From NCBI GenBank assembly GCA_037440005.1, contig JBBIUY010000007.1, positions 26,671 to 90,670 of the forward strand: a DNA stretch of 64,000 bases. Direction: 5' to 3'. This stretch comes from Armatimonadota bacterium (GTDB taxonomy: Bacteria > Sysuimicrobiota > Sysuimicrobiia > Sysuimicrobiales > Kaftiobacteriaceae). Shown piece by piece: positions 26,501 through 36,251 of the stretch. The first letter of the stretch is position 1. Each line of letters starts with the position of its first letter. The position numbers and the translations under genes are program-made. The notes under the pieces are model-generated. The model had not been told where the DNA came from. It saw only the letters and a program-made list of their open reading frames with translations, and searched no databases.

Positions 26501-26944
26501 GTCCATGCGCCCCTGCATCGCCAGGGCCGCCCGCAGGGCGCGTTCGGGGTCGTCCTCGTGGGCGGTGGGCAGGCCGAAGACCGCCATGACGGCGTCGCCG
26601 ATGAACTTCTCCACGACGCCTCCGTGCCGCGCGATCTCCTCGCCCATGGCCTCAAAGAACCGGGCCATCAGCGTCCGCATCGGCTCCGGATCCATCCGCC
26701 GGGCCAGCGCCGTGGAGCGCACCAGGTCGGCGAACAGGACGGTGACGACCCGCCGCTCGGACAGGGGGATGTCCACCAGCGCCGTCCCGCACCGCAGGCA
26801 GAAGCGCACCCCCGCCGGGTTGGTCGCTCCGCAGACCGGGCAGACCGTCCGCAGCGGCGCGCCGCAGGCCATGCAGAAACGGGCCTGAGGCGGGTTGGCG
26901 GCGCCGCACCGGGTGCAGGGGAGGACGTCGGCGGTGGTGGTCAT
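23564..26944 (-). CDS. multidomain signalling protein: double zinc ribbon, class III adenylate/guanylate cyclase, AAA/STAND ATPase, TPR repeats
   Basis: 'CTRCGAAN...CMACG...CPVCG...CLRCG'. 'VTVLFADLVRST...KFIGDAVMAVFG'. Walker A 'GPAGIGKTRL'. C-terminal TPR-like 'A.A...LG' repeats. Start ATG at 26944. Confidence 0.85.
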   Translation of the reverse strand: MTTTADVLPCTRCGAANPPQARFCMACGAPLRTVCPVCGATNPAGVRFCLRCGTALVDIPLSERRVVTVLFADLVRSTALARRMDPEPMRTLMARFFEAMGEEIARHGGVVEKFIGDAVMAVFGLPTAHEDDPERALRAALAMQGRMDALSADVGADLRLRTGIATGEVVADLRAAAGGQFMATGDVVAFAARMQAAAPPGGTVIDDRTREALRGRATCEVLPEGPAEFGERRVWLVTGLPDRPPVRRLQAALVGRREELDVLRALFRRVRDGSHGHLVTIVGPAGIGKTRLVEEFLLEVRTLPGAPHVLRGRCAAYGEGLTYRPLVEMLKERCGVQDNDPDAAARLAREIARVCEPVLGPDDAQTAAGVLAALAGDGRPAAVAGQPDRLRGPTPALDARASRGRAPGSDAPPPGGEAVVHAFGAFAASLARTAPVVLVVEDAHWAEPSLLELLERLAARSGDAALMIICLARPELRDRHPAWGLGVRDHTTVSLAPLSAPEATRLIEAALGEPALPAEVQQAILARAEGNPFFLGEILLMLADEGRLVQEGGRWRWASSSLDIRIPDTVHGLILSRLDLLHLLDKRVLQDASVVGRIFWPGAIAAVDDVREEEVAAALQRLVERELVVERPTSALAGEREFAFAHALIREVAYGTIPKAVRSERHHRLARWLHRTAAAHGEEGLDVLAHHREQAWRYAVDAGVPAGDLARAAVDALRSAAGRAAVLGALPEARRQYERALSILRAAGLDSDPSLHAELLTDYSDIIRWMAVPDQVLESTQRVLEVAGALGRPDLRARAWLNRAFAEYDRANLQAAEGALRRARIAFRRLGDRQGEAEAGELLGIITHSLRGRLSKARLAYRTALELYRALGDGKGQARATAFLGRAILDAGEIARARKTLADALSLARAHRERPSEARALVGLGIVEHLAGQSGECVRYFLEAAAIWREVGSRDAEAYTRRHLAMHLLRRGRVDEAGREIASARALLSEHGGPADSPSVLRALAEWHLARGDLTAAAEFGERSLEGLDPADEVPHATHRATLGRIRAAQGRTEEALALFGHALRILDRPGQEYRFDLALALLKYGEALQALSRPAEAREAAGRARDLFARMGASNFVRAAGALTA

Positions 26945-27032
26945 GGCCGGTACAGCCAGTCTACCGGCGGGGGGAAGGCCCGACAAGGCCGACGAAGGTA
27001 CTCCGTACGCCCCCAGGAGGGAGGGGTCCGCC

Positions 27033-28088
27033 GTGGACACGGTGTCGCTGCTGCACACCCTTACCGACGCGTTCGGCGTGGCCGGATTTGAGGACGAGGT
27101 CCGCGAGGCGATCCGGCGCCTGGTGGAACCCTTTGCCGACGAGGTGCGCACCGACGTGCTGGGCAACCTCCTGGTCACGCGCCGGGGCCGCTCGGAGGCC
27201 ACGGTCATGCTGGACGCCCACATGGATGAGATCGGGCTGATCGTCAACCACATCGACGAGAAGGGCTTTGTGCGCTTTGCCACCCTGGGCGGGTGGGACA
27301 CCCGCATCCTGCCCGCCCAGGCGGTCACCATCCGGACCCGCGACGGCCGCCGGGTCCGCGGGGTGATCGGCAGCCTGCCCCCGCACGTGCTGAAGCCCGA
27401 CGAGCGCGACAAGCCGATCCCCCTGGAGTCGCTGGCCATCGACGTGGGAGCCGCCTCCGCGGCCGAGGCCCGCGGATTGGGGCTGCAGGTGGGCGATCCC
27501 GCGGTGCTCGGGCACCCTCTGCAGGTCCTGCGGGAGGGGTGGGTGGTGGGCCGGAACTTCGACGACCGGGCCGGGTGCGCGGTCCTGGTGAGGGTGCTGG
27601 AGGCCCTGGCCGCCCGGACACCCGACGCCACCGTGGTGTGCGCGTTCGCGGTCAGCGAGGAGACGGGCCTGCGGGGCGCACGGACCGCCGCCTACCAGGT
27701 CAACCCGCAGGTGGCTCTGGCGGTGGAGGCCACTGCCGCCGCCGACCTGCCCGGCGTGGCGCCCCAGCGGCAGCCCACGGCGGTGGGCGCCGGGGCGGCC
27801 ATCACCGTGGCCGACCAGTCCATCGTGGTCAGCCAGAGGATGGTGCGGGCCCTGGAGGACCTGGCCCGCCGCCACGAGGTGCGCTACCAGATCAAATTGC
27901 CGGTGTACGGGGGGACCGACGCGGGCGCCATCCACACGACCCGGGCCGGAGTCCTGGCCGGGGTGGTGTCGGTCCCCGTGCGGTACATCCACTCGCCGGT
28001 CGGCCTGATGGCCCTGGACGACTTCGAGCAGGTCGTCCGCCTGGTCACGGCCTTCGCCCTGGAGGCCCGGGAACTGTTCGGGTTGTAG
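27033..28088 (+). CDS. M42 family metallopeptidase (glutamyl aminopeptidase/FrvX-like)
   Basis: 'LDAHMDEIGL', 'NFDDRAGC' and 'VSEETGLRGA'. GTG start with an AGGAGGGAGGGG SD. Confidence 0.85.
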   Translation: MDTVSLLHTLTDAFGVAGFEDEVREAIRRLVEPFADEVRTDVLGNLLVTRRGRSEATVMLDAHMDEIGLIVNHIDEKGFVRFATLGGWDTRILPAQAVTIRTRDGRRVRGVIGSLPPHVLKPDERDKPIPLESLAIDVGAASAAEARGLGLQVGDPAVLGHPLQVLREGWVVGRNFDDRAGCAVLVRVLEALAARTPDATVVCAFAVSEETGLRGARTAAYQVNPQVALAVEATAAADLPGVAPQRQPTAVGAGAAITVADQSIVVSQRMVRALEDLARRHEVRYQIKLPVYGGTDAGAIHTTRAGVLAGVVSVPVRYIHSPVGLMALDDFEQVVRLVTAFALEARELFGL

Positions 28089-28129
28089 CGTCTGATCCCC
28101 GGTCCCGGCGAGGGGTATCCCCGGAAAGC

Positions 28130-28158
28130 GGCGAGGGCCCGCCGGGCGGGCCCTCGCC
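28130..28158. terminator. GC-rich hairpin between convergent genes (12-bp stem)
   Basis: GGCGAGGGCCCG-ccggg-CGGGCCCTCGCC. Only a weak T tract (CTTTCC on the minus strand). Confidence 0.45.
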
Positions 28159-28193
28159 GGAAAGACGGGTGGATGAAGCCTGGTGCCCGGACG

Positions 28194-28388
28194 TTACTGG
28201 CTGGGCATCCAGCTCTCGCCTGAGGGCGTCCAGGGCGCCGACGGCTGGGACGGCCCCTGGCCCGGCATCTCCATGGGCTTGGCGGCCTTCTTCCGGGCGG
28301 CAGGCTTGCGCGCCACCTTCCGAACTGCCCGGCGCGCCGGCCTCTTCTTTGCCGCTCGGACCTTCTTGGCTGCCTTCTTCCGCGCCAC
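28194..28388 (-). CDS. small Lys/Arg/Ala-rich basic protein (64 aa), histone-H1-like composition
   Basis: GTG start preceded by a GGGGGAGG SD 5 nt upstream. Sequence 'VARKKAAKKVRAAKKRPARRAVRKVARKPAARKKAAKP...'. Confidence 0.5.
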   Translation of the reverse strand: MARKKAAKKVRAAKKRPARRAVRKVARKPAARKKAAKPMEMPGQGPSQPSAPWTPSGESWMPSQ

Positions 28389-28520
28389 GCGTCCTCCCCC
28401 CTTACCTCGGTGGTCTCCCCGCGCGACCTCACCGGAAGGTCTTCGCGACCTGCCGGCATGCTCCTCCGCACGCCAATTCATCGCGGCGCGTTCGAGGTCC
28501 TGCCGGCGCGGGCGATTTCC

Positions 28521-30026
28521 TCAGGACGACTGGCTCAGCAGGGGCGCGATGCGGCGGTTGACGGCGTTGAGGACCGCCTTGCCGGCGGCCTCAAAGACCA
28601 TGTCGTCGATGGGCGCGATCCCCAGCAGCGACTCCTCGCCGCTGGGGGTCAGGAAGAGGACCACGGCCCACAGGGCCTTGCCCACCTCCGGGGGGGCCTG
28701 CTGGATGTCGTGGATGACCACCCCGTAGCCCGCGGGGAGGAGTTCGGTGACCGCCCGCGCGGCCGCCTCGGCGGCCAGGAACAGGCGCCGTTCCTGGGCG
28801 TTGCGGCCCACGGCGCGCCCCACCACCTCCCGGTCTCCCAGGGCCAGTTTGACCGTGGCGGTCGCCACCATCCCCGAGACGTCCAGGCTGGCGCCCTTGA
28901 GCCGGATGCGCCCGGTTCCGTCGGGGGCGGGAACGGGTATGGCCGCCGGCTGGGGGGGTTCGGCGGCCGGGGATGGGGGCGGCGGTTCCGGCGGCGGCGG
29001 GGACACCGGGGGTTCGGGCATCTGCAGCTCGTAGACCCTGGCGGGGAATTCGTCCAGGGACGGCTCTTCAGGCACCGGTGCGGCGGGGACAGGCTCCGAG
29101 GGCGCCTCTTGCCCGAGGGCCGGGGCGGCGGCCTCGGGCTTCTGTGCAGGGGCTTCCTCCACAAATTCCGGATACCAGGGCTCGGCCTGGACCTGGGGGA
29201 CCCCGCCCGCGACCGCCGCCTGCTCGCCGGGGGCGGGAGCGGCTGCCACCGGGGCCTCCGCCGCCGGGCGCGGGGCCTCGGCGGGGGCCTGTGCAGCCGG
29301 CGCCTCCTCCGGGGGTGGCGGGGCGGACGGGGGCGGAGCCTCGGCGGCGGCAGCTGCCATCTCGGCGGAGATGATGACGGCGTCGACGACGGCGGCGGCC
29401 GCCAGCGGGTCGGCGTCGACCAGGCGGTCCACGGTGGCGATCCCGATGCGGCTGCGGGGCAGGCGGGCGCCGTCGGTCTCCAGGCCGGCGATCTCCACCT
29501 GCTGGTGGATCATGTCCACCTGCGCGCGCACCTCGTCCAGGGAGCGGACGGTCAGGATCAGAAAGGCATCCCCGCTGTGCCGACCGAGGCGGTCCCGCTC
29601 GTCCATCAGGCGCCGCAGGCGCCGGGCGATCTGCCGCAGGACCGAGTGGGCCGCCTTGTAGCCGTAGACGTCCATGAGCGTGTCCAGGCCGGCCAGCTGC
29701 ACCACCATCACGTGCAGGTCGCTCGTCCGGGCCAGCCGGGCGGCCTCCTCCCGCAGGGACACCGACCAGGGCAGCCCCGTGATGGAGTCTTCCGTCGCGA
29801 CGCCGGGCGGGGCGGGGGCCTGGCGCTGGGCGGCGTGGGCCTCCGCCGCCTTCTGCACCTGGGCGGGATCCACCCCCGGCGCGAACCGGGCCACCTCCTC
29901 GTCCCCATAGCACAGGAACAGCTGCAGCGGGGCTTCCAGGAGGTGGTAGCCGGGGGGCAGGGTGACCCCCAGGCTCCGGGCCGGGACATGCCAGCGCACC
30001 TTGTGGAACGGGGCCTCGCCGCTCAT
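28521..30026 (-). CDS. degenerate GGDEF-domain protein with a long Pro/Ala/Glu-rich linker and an uncharacterised C-terminal domain
   Basis: GGDEF-like core 'ITGLP...LDTLMDVYGYKAAHSVLRQIARRL...LGRHSGDAFLILT', with SGDAF in place of GG[DE]EF (nt 29562-29576). About 150 aa of low complexity. Ordered C-terminal domain of about 125 aa. Confidence 0.7.
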   Translation of the reverse strand: MSGEAPFHKVRWHVPARSLGVTLPPGYHLLEAPLQLFLCYGDEEVARFAPGVDPAQVQKAAEAHAAQRQAPAPPGVATEDSITGLPWSVSLREEAARLARTSDLHVMVVQLAGLDTLMDVYGYKAAHSVLRQIARRLRRLMDERDRLGRHSGDAFLILTVRSLDEVRAQVDMIHQQVEIAGLETDGARLPRSRIGIATVDRLVDADPLAAAAVVDAVIISAEMAAAAAEAPPPSAPPPPEEAPAAQAPAEAPRPAAEAPVAAAPAPGEQAAVAGGVPQVQAEPWYPEFVEEAPAQKPEAAAPALGQEAPSEPVPAAPVPEEPSLDEFPARVYELQMPEPPVSPPPPEPPPPSPAAEPPQPAAIPVPAPDGTGRIRLKGASLDVSGMVATATVKLALGDREVVGRAVGRNAQERRLFLAAEAAARAVTELLPAGYGVVIHDIQQAPPEVGKALWAVVLFLTPSGEESLLGIAPIDDMVFEAAGKAVLNAVNRRIAPLLSQSS

Positions 30027-30130
30027 GGGACGATGGGGTCCTCTTCTAGCATACCCAAAATGTGCAGCAAACTCCCTGCCATTGCCATGGGAGCTTCGCC
30101 TCAGCGCACGGACGTTCGGCGGGGGGAGGG

Positions 30131-30167
30131 GGCCGGTCCGGCCGGGGGAGAGGAAGCCGGACCGGCC
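30131..30167 (-). terminator. 12-bp GC hairpin downstream of the P5C dehydrogenase gene
   Basis: GGCCGGTCCGGC ... GCCGGACCGGCC. No clear U tract. Confidence 0.35.
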
Positions 30168-30201
30168 GCCCCCCGGCCTCCTCCCGGTCCGCCCCGGCGC
30201 C

Positions 30202-31752
<1,551 letters not shown>

Positions 31753-31809
31753 GCTCCACCTCCGGCTGTACGCGGGGATGTGCCCTCAGGGCACGGCGCG
31801 GATGGCTCC

Positions 31810-31815
31810 ATTATA
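31810..31815 (-). promoter_or_regulatory. candidate -10 box (TATAAT on the minus strand) about 58 nt upstream of pruA
   Basis: A perfect TATAAT in a very GC-rich context. No convincing -35. Confidence 0.4.
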
Positions 31816-31851
31816 AACCGTCGGCCCGGCGCGGGCGCGGCGGACGGCGTC

Positions 31852-32571
31852 CTACAGGGCGGCCAGGTCGGCCGTCCGCAGGAAGGCGGCCAGGTCGGCC
31901 AGCCGACCCGCCCGGTGCGCTCCCAGGGGCAGACCGGCGGGATTGACCAGGTGGTCGGTGACCAGGAAGGTGCGCATGCCCAGCTCCCGGGCCACGGCGT
32001 CCTCCCGGACGTCGTTGCCCGCCATCAGGCAGCGCTCGGGAGGGTGTCCGATGGCGTCGCACACCTCCAGGAAGTACTCCGGGCGGGGCTTGCAGAAGTG
32101 CGCGGTCTCGTAGGTGGTGACCAGGGCGAAGGGCAGGTCGGCCACGCCGGCCCAGGCCATCCGCTGGCGGATGGCCACCTCGGCGAAGATGGGGTTGGTG
32201 GCCAGGACCGCCACCAGCCCGCGGTCGGCGGCCGCCTGCACCGCCTCCCGGGCGGCAGGGTCCGGGGAGGTCAGCGCCCGCAGGCGGGGGTACGTCCGGG
32301 CGTAGAACTCGGCCAGCCGCGGCGCGGCCTGCTCTTCGGTCAGACCCACGGCCGGGTAGAAGGCGGCGGCGAACACCTCCCGGACCGTCCGGGAGGGATC
32401 CCGGTTGTCCAGCATCGCCCGGGTCGCCTCCAGCAGACGGGCGACGAACCGTCCGGGCTCGACCAGGTCGGCGAACTCCTGCGCCAGCAGCCTGACGTAC
32501 TCCTCCACCAGCCGGCGGGTGTCCACCGGCAGCAGGGTTCCGTCCAGGTCGAACAGGACCGCGGTGACCAC
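31852..32571 (-). CDS. HAD-superfamily hydrolase
   Basis: 'VLFDLDGTLL' motif I, 'VLATNP' and 'LMAGNDVREDA'. GTG start at 32571. Confidence 0.8.
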   Translation of the reverse strand: MVTAVLFDLDGTLLPVDTRRLVEEYVRLLAQEFADLVEPGRFVARLLEATRAMLDNRDPSRTVREVFAAAFYPAVGLTEEQAAPRLAEFYARTYPRLRALTSPDPAAREAVQAAADRGLVAVLATNPIFAEVAIRQRMAWAGVADLPFALVTTYETAHFCKPRPEYFLEVCDAIGHPPERCLMAGNDVREDAVARELGMRTFLVTDHLVNPAGLPLGAHRAGRLADLAAFLRTADLAAL

Positions 32572-32579
32572 GGCCCGGT

Positions 32580-33101
32580 CTACACCCCCACCCGCAGCGC
32601 CGCCATCACCAGAGCCTGGGCCAGGACGTAGGCGAGCCACCCCAGGGCCACGACGGCCAGGGCACGCCAGGAGGAGGTGTAGTCCAGCGCCTGCCGCACG
32701 GCCACCACCGTGGCCGCCAGCATCCACACGGCGGCGACCGCAAACGCCAGGCCCCGCAGCGGCGGGAGGATGCCGGCGGCCCGCAGCACGCCCGGAGCGC
32801 TGGCGAATCCCAGCACCCGCAGCATCTGCCCCACGTCCGCCCGGGTCTGCGGCTCGGGCAGCACCCGCGTGCCGATCCAGTAGGTCAGGTAGGCCCACAC
32901 GTACCAGGACAGCAGGGCCGCCAGCGACAGGACGACCAGCCCCACCACCCCTCCGCCGGCGATGCCGCCCACCCCCGCCGCCAGCGCCGAGAGGACGACC
33001 ACCGTCGCCGCCTCCCGGGTGAGGCCGGGGTCGGCTTCCACCTCCTCGTACAGGTGCGGGTCCAGCCGGGACGCGCGGACCATGCGGTCGGTCAGGGCCA
33101 T
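32580..33101 (-). CDS. Yip1-domain membrane protein
   Basis: GGAGGGAGAGAGC SD before the ATG at 33101. 'RMVRASRLDPHLYEEVEAD' followed by 5 TM segments. Confidence 0.65.
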   Translation of the reverse strand: MALTDRMVRASRLDPHLYEEVEADPGLTREAATVVVLSALAAGVGGIAGGGVVGLVVLSLAALLSWYVWAYLTYWIGTRVLPEPQTRADVGQMLRVLGFASAPGVLRAAGILPPLRGLAFAVAAVWMLAATVVAVRQALDYTSSWRALAVVALGWLAYVLAQALVMAALRVGV

Positions 33102-33329
33102 GCTCTCTCCCTCCGGCGCGTAATCGGATCCTGCCGGGAACGGATTCGCGCCCGCGGCCGGGTTTTCCCGGGGGTCGGGCCGGCTTTGGGGAGGGATCTC
33201 ACCGCGGGCGCGCTGGCGGCAGAGGCAGGCAGCAGCTGGATTCACGCACGGAGGACCGGACAGGACAGGGCAAACGCCCGGGAGGCGTGAGGTGGCAGCA
33301 CCCGCAGAGGACCCGCCTGACGCGCCCGG

Positions 33330-33421
33330 TGGCGGAGGGGGTGGGATTCGAACCCACAGGGGCCTGCTCGGCCCAGCGGTTTTCAAGACCGCCCGGATCG
33401 CCGGATTCCCTGCACCCCTCC
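33330..33421 (-). tRNA. tRNA-Ser (anticodon UGA), type II with long variable arm, CCA encoded
   Basis: Acceptor GGAGGGG/CCCCTCC with discriminator G and CCA. Anticodon stem-loop GCGGT-CTTGAAA-ACCGC. Variable arm GGGCC..GGCCC. T arm GTGGG-TTCGAAT-CCCAC. My hand-folded D arm is imperfect. Confidence 0.8.
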
Positions 33422-33431
33422 GTCTGCGCCC

Positions 33432-33437
33432 ATTATA
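33432..33437 (-). promoter_or_regulatory. candidate -10 box (TATAAT) 10 nt upstream of the tRNA-Ser 5' end
   Basis: Perfect TATAAT on the minus strand at the expected distance for a tRNA promoter. Confidence 0.5.
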
Positions 33438-33629
33438 CCCCCGACCCCCTCACACATCGCGGGGCGACCTTCAATCGGGACTTTCCCCCTGCCGGGCCGC
33501 AGGGCTCGCCGGCCTGCGAGGGGTGCGCTTGGCGCTCCGGCGGCGCCTGCTACAATGGCGTCGTGGCCGGAGTTGTGGCGGCTGACGACCCACGCGAGCC
33601 GCCCGGGGACGTCTGGCCGGGGAGGAGCC

Positions 33630-34211
33630 ATGGACGACGCGCAGACCATGACCGTCCTGCAGGCGATCACCACCCGCCGCAGCATCCCCCAGTTCAGGCC
33701 GGACCCGATCCCCCGGGAGGCCGTCGCCCGGTGGCTGGAGGCCGCGGTGTGGGTGCCCAACCACCGCCTCACCGAGCCGTGGCGGTTTTTCGTCCTGGGC
33801 GAACGCAGCAAGCGCCGTTTCGCCGAACTGCGCCGGAACTTCCGCGCCTCCCAGCTGCCCGACCCCCACGCCCCCGAGGTGCAGCCGGCCCTGCGCAAGC
33901 TGGTGGAGGACACCCTGGCCACGCCGGTCATCGTCGTCGTCGTCTCCGCCGGCCACGACGATCCGGAACTGCAGGAGGAGAACCACTGGGCGACGTTTGC
34001 GGCAGCATACGCCTTCATGCTGGCCGCCTGGAGCGAGGGGGTGGGGACGTACTTCCGCACCGGCGGGCTGCGGGACTACCCGCCCCTGCGGGAGTTCCTC
34101 GGCCTGCAGTCCCACGAGCGCGTCATCGGCGTGATCTACGCCGGCTACCCGGCCGCCGTGCCCCACAAGCGCCGCACGCCGGCAGCGGAAAAGACCATCT
34201 GGCTTGATTGA
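33630..34211 (+). CDS. nitroreductase family protein
   Basis: GGAGGAG SD before the ATG. 'TRRSIPQFRPDPIP' and 'APNHRLTEPWRF'-type motif ('VPNHRLTEPWRFFVL'). Confidence 0.8.
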   Translation: MDDAQTMTVLQAITTRRSIPQFRPDPIPREAVARWLEAAVWVPNHRLTEPWRFFVLGERSKRRFAELRRNFRASQLPDPHAPEVQPALRKLVEDTLATPVIVVVVSAGHDDPELQEENHWATFAAAYAFMLAAWSEGVGTYFRTGGLRDYPPLREFLGLQSHERVIGVIYAGYPAAVPHKRRTPAAEKTIWLD

Positions 34212-34299
34212 GGGTCGATAGACATCCCCGCAAGAGGCGGATTTTGGGGTCAGACGCCGTTTGTCGTCGTCCCGCGGGTCCGCGCGCCGCCCGGCCGGC

Positions 34300-34305
34300 T
34301 ATACT
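34300..34305 (+). promoter_or_regulatory. candidate -10 box (TATACT) 7 nt upstream of the ATG at 34313; possible leaderless transcript
   Basis: TATACT then gaactcg then ATG. No SD between them. Confidence 0.25.
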
Positions 34306-34312
34306 GAACTCG

Positions 34313-35362
34313 ATGTCAACCGTCGCCGACACCACCGTGCTCGTCGACCGCCTGGTGGAGGAGATCCGGACCGTCGCCGGAGGCCAGCCGGTGGTGGTGG
34401 CTTTCAGCGGCGGACTGGACAGCACCACCGTGGCCGCCCTGGCCAAGCGCGCCCTGGGCCCGGACCGGGTCCTGCTGGTCACGGTGAACATGGGAGCTTA
34501 CAACTACCGGCGCGCCAACCAGATCGTCCTGGAGATGGCCGAGCAGCTGGGGCTGCGCCAGAAGTGCCTGCTGGGCCAGTTCGTCCAGCACCGGGTGCAG
34601 GCCGGCGGTCCGGCGTGCAACCGCTGCACCCGGGAGATCAAGCTGGGGATGGTCCGGGCCGTCGCCCGCGGCCGGCTGGTCCTCACCGGCGCCAACCGTT
34701 CCGACACCTGGGGCCAGCTGGGGGTCAAGGTGTGCAACGGCTACTACTCGCCGCTGCTGGACCTGGACAAGCCGCAAATCCGCGCCGTCGCCAGCGCCCT
34801 GGGGCTGCGGGTGCCCCGGATCGGCGAAAGCCCGGGGCTGCGGCGGGAAGGGTGCAAGCTCAAGCACCTGCTCAAGCCCCTGGTCAATCCCGACTACCAT
34901 GGGCGGGCGGTGGCGGAGGCCAACGAGATCCTGCTGGAGACGCTCCACCGGGCCGGCTACAACGCCGCGCTGGCCAACGTGAAGATCATCGGGCCGCTGC
35001 GCCGCAACGTGGCCCTGGTGAACGTGCTGCCCCCGCCGCCCCCGGACCTGGCCCGCCGCCTCGCCGACAGCCTGCGCGCGCTGGACGTGCTGGACGAGGT
35101 GCGGCTGGTGGACTGCCCGCTGACCCTGGTGGTCAAGGCCGGCCCGGCGCTGGCCGGGGACCCCCACGCCCGCTACTGGATCGAGCACGGCCGGCTGCGG
35201 CCCGATTTCGCCGCCCCCATCTCGGTGGAGTGGCTGCCCAGCCGCAACGCGCGCCTGCACACCTTCCACGTGGTCGACGCCCGGCCCACCGAAGACCGGA
35301 GACCGGAGATGGGGGACGCGACAGCGGACCGCGCCCTGCAGGCCGCACCTTCCGCGATCTGA
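34313..35362 (+). CDS. PP-loop ATP pyrophosphatase family protein (adenine nucleotide alpha-hydrolase)
   Basis: 'VVAFSGGLDSTTVAAL' PP-loop. Cys cluster 'GGPACNRCTREIK'. Confidence 0.75.
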   Translation: MSTVADTTVLVDRLVEEIRTVAGGQPVVVAFSGGLDSTTVAALAKRALGPDRVLLVTVNMGAYNYRRANQIVLEMAEQLGLRQKCLLGQFVQHRVQAGGPACNRCTREIKLGMVRAVARGRLVLTGANRSDTWGQLGVKVCNGYYSPLLDLDKPQIRAVASALGLRVPRIGESPGLRREGCKLKHLLKPLVNPDYHGRAVAEANEILLETLHRAGYNAALANVKIIGPLRRNVALVNVLPPPPPDLARRLADSLRALDVLDEVRLVDCPLTLVVKAGPALAGDPHARYWIEHGRLRPDFAAPISVEWLPSRNARLHTFHVVDARPTEDRRPEMGDATADRALQAAPSAI

Positions 35363-35552
35363 CCGGCATCTCAGATCCGGTATCCGGCATCAGGGAGGCC
35401 GATCCCTGATCGCCGATCCCGGATGCCCGGTGCGGACCGGGGCATCCCGGGGCGTCCCTCGCCTGCGTGTCACCCACCTGAGCGTCCCTCCAAGCGGGGA
35501 CTTGCTCTTCCTTCCCGCGCAGCCTACCTCCTGAAGGCTGGGAGGGCACCCC

Positions 35553-36251
35553 GTGGCGCTGTCCGGTGAGCAGCGCGCCTTTCTCGCGCAGGTGCGCGCC
35601 TTCATCCCCCGGGCCGAAGCCGCCGGCGTCCCCGGCGCGGTGATGGTCGCCCAGGCGGCGGTGGAGAGCAACTGGGGCCGCAGCGGTCTGGCGCGGCTGG
35701 GAAGGGCCCTGTTTGGGGTGAAGGCCACCCCGCAGTGGCCTGGGCCGGTCTACTGCGGCACCACCCGCGAGTGGACGTCCCGCGGTCCGGTGGTGATCTC
35801 CGGCACCCACCGGGTCTACGCCAGCTACCACGACGCGGTGGCGGCCGGATGCCCGCCCGGCGCTCTGTTCCGGGCCTACGCCGGTCTGGAGGACAACGTC
35901 GCCGACTACCTGGCCGTCTTCCACCGGTCGGCCCGGTTCCGCCCGGCTCTAGACGCCTACGCCCGGACCCGCGACCCCCGCCGGTTCGCGCGGGAGATCG
36001 CCCGGGCCGGCTACGCCACCGCGCCCTGGTACGGCGCCGTCCTGGTGGCGTTCATGGAGCGCCACCTGCCCGACCTGCTGCCGCCGCGCCTGGTGGTGCG
36101 CTGGAACGGGGTCTCGCTGCCCGACGGCGCGGTGCGGTGGGAGGAGGGCCGGGTCTACGTCCGCCTGCGGGTGCTGGCCGGCATGCTGGGCCTGCGGGTC
36201 CACTACGATCCGTCCTCCCGCACAGTTCTGGTGACGGAGGGAGAACCATGA
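35553..36251 (+). CDS. peptidoglycan hydrolase: N-acetylglucosaminidase (FlgJ/LytD-type) domain plus Cu-amine-oxidase-N-like 'stalk' domain
   Basis: 'VMVAQAAVESNWGRSGLA...ALFGVK...GYATAPWYG'. C-terminus 'VRWNGVSLPDGAVRWEEGRVYVRLRVLAGMLG'. Confidence 0.75.
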   Translation: MALSGEQRAFLAQVRAFIPRAEAAGVPGAVMVAQAAVESNWGRSGLARLGRALFGVKATPQWPGPVYCGTTREWTSRGPVVISGTHRVYASYHDAVAAGCPPGALFRAYAGLEDNVADYLAVFHRSARFRPALDAYARTRDPRRFAREIARAGYATAPWYGAVLVAFMERHLPDLLPPRLVVRWNGVSLPDGAVRWEEGRVYVRLRVLAGMLGLRVHYDPSSRTVLVTEGEP

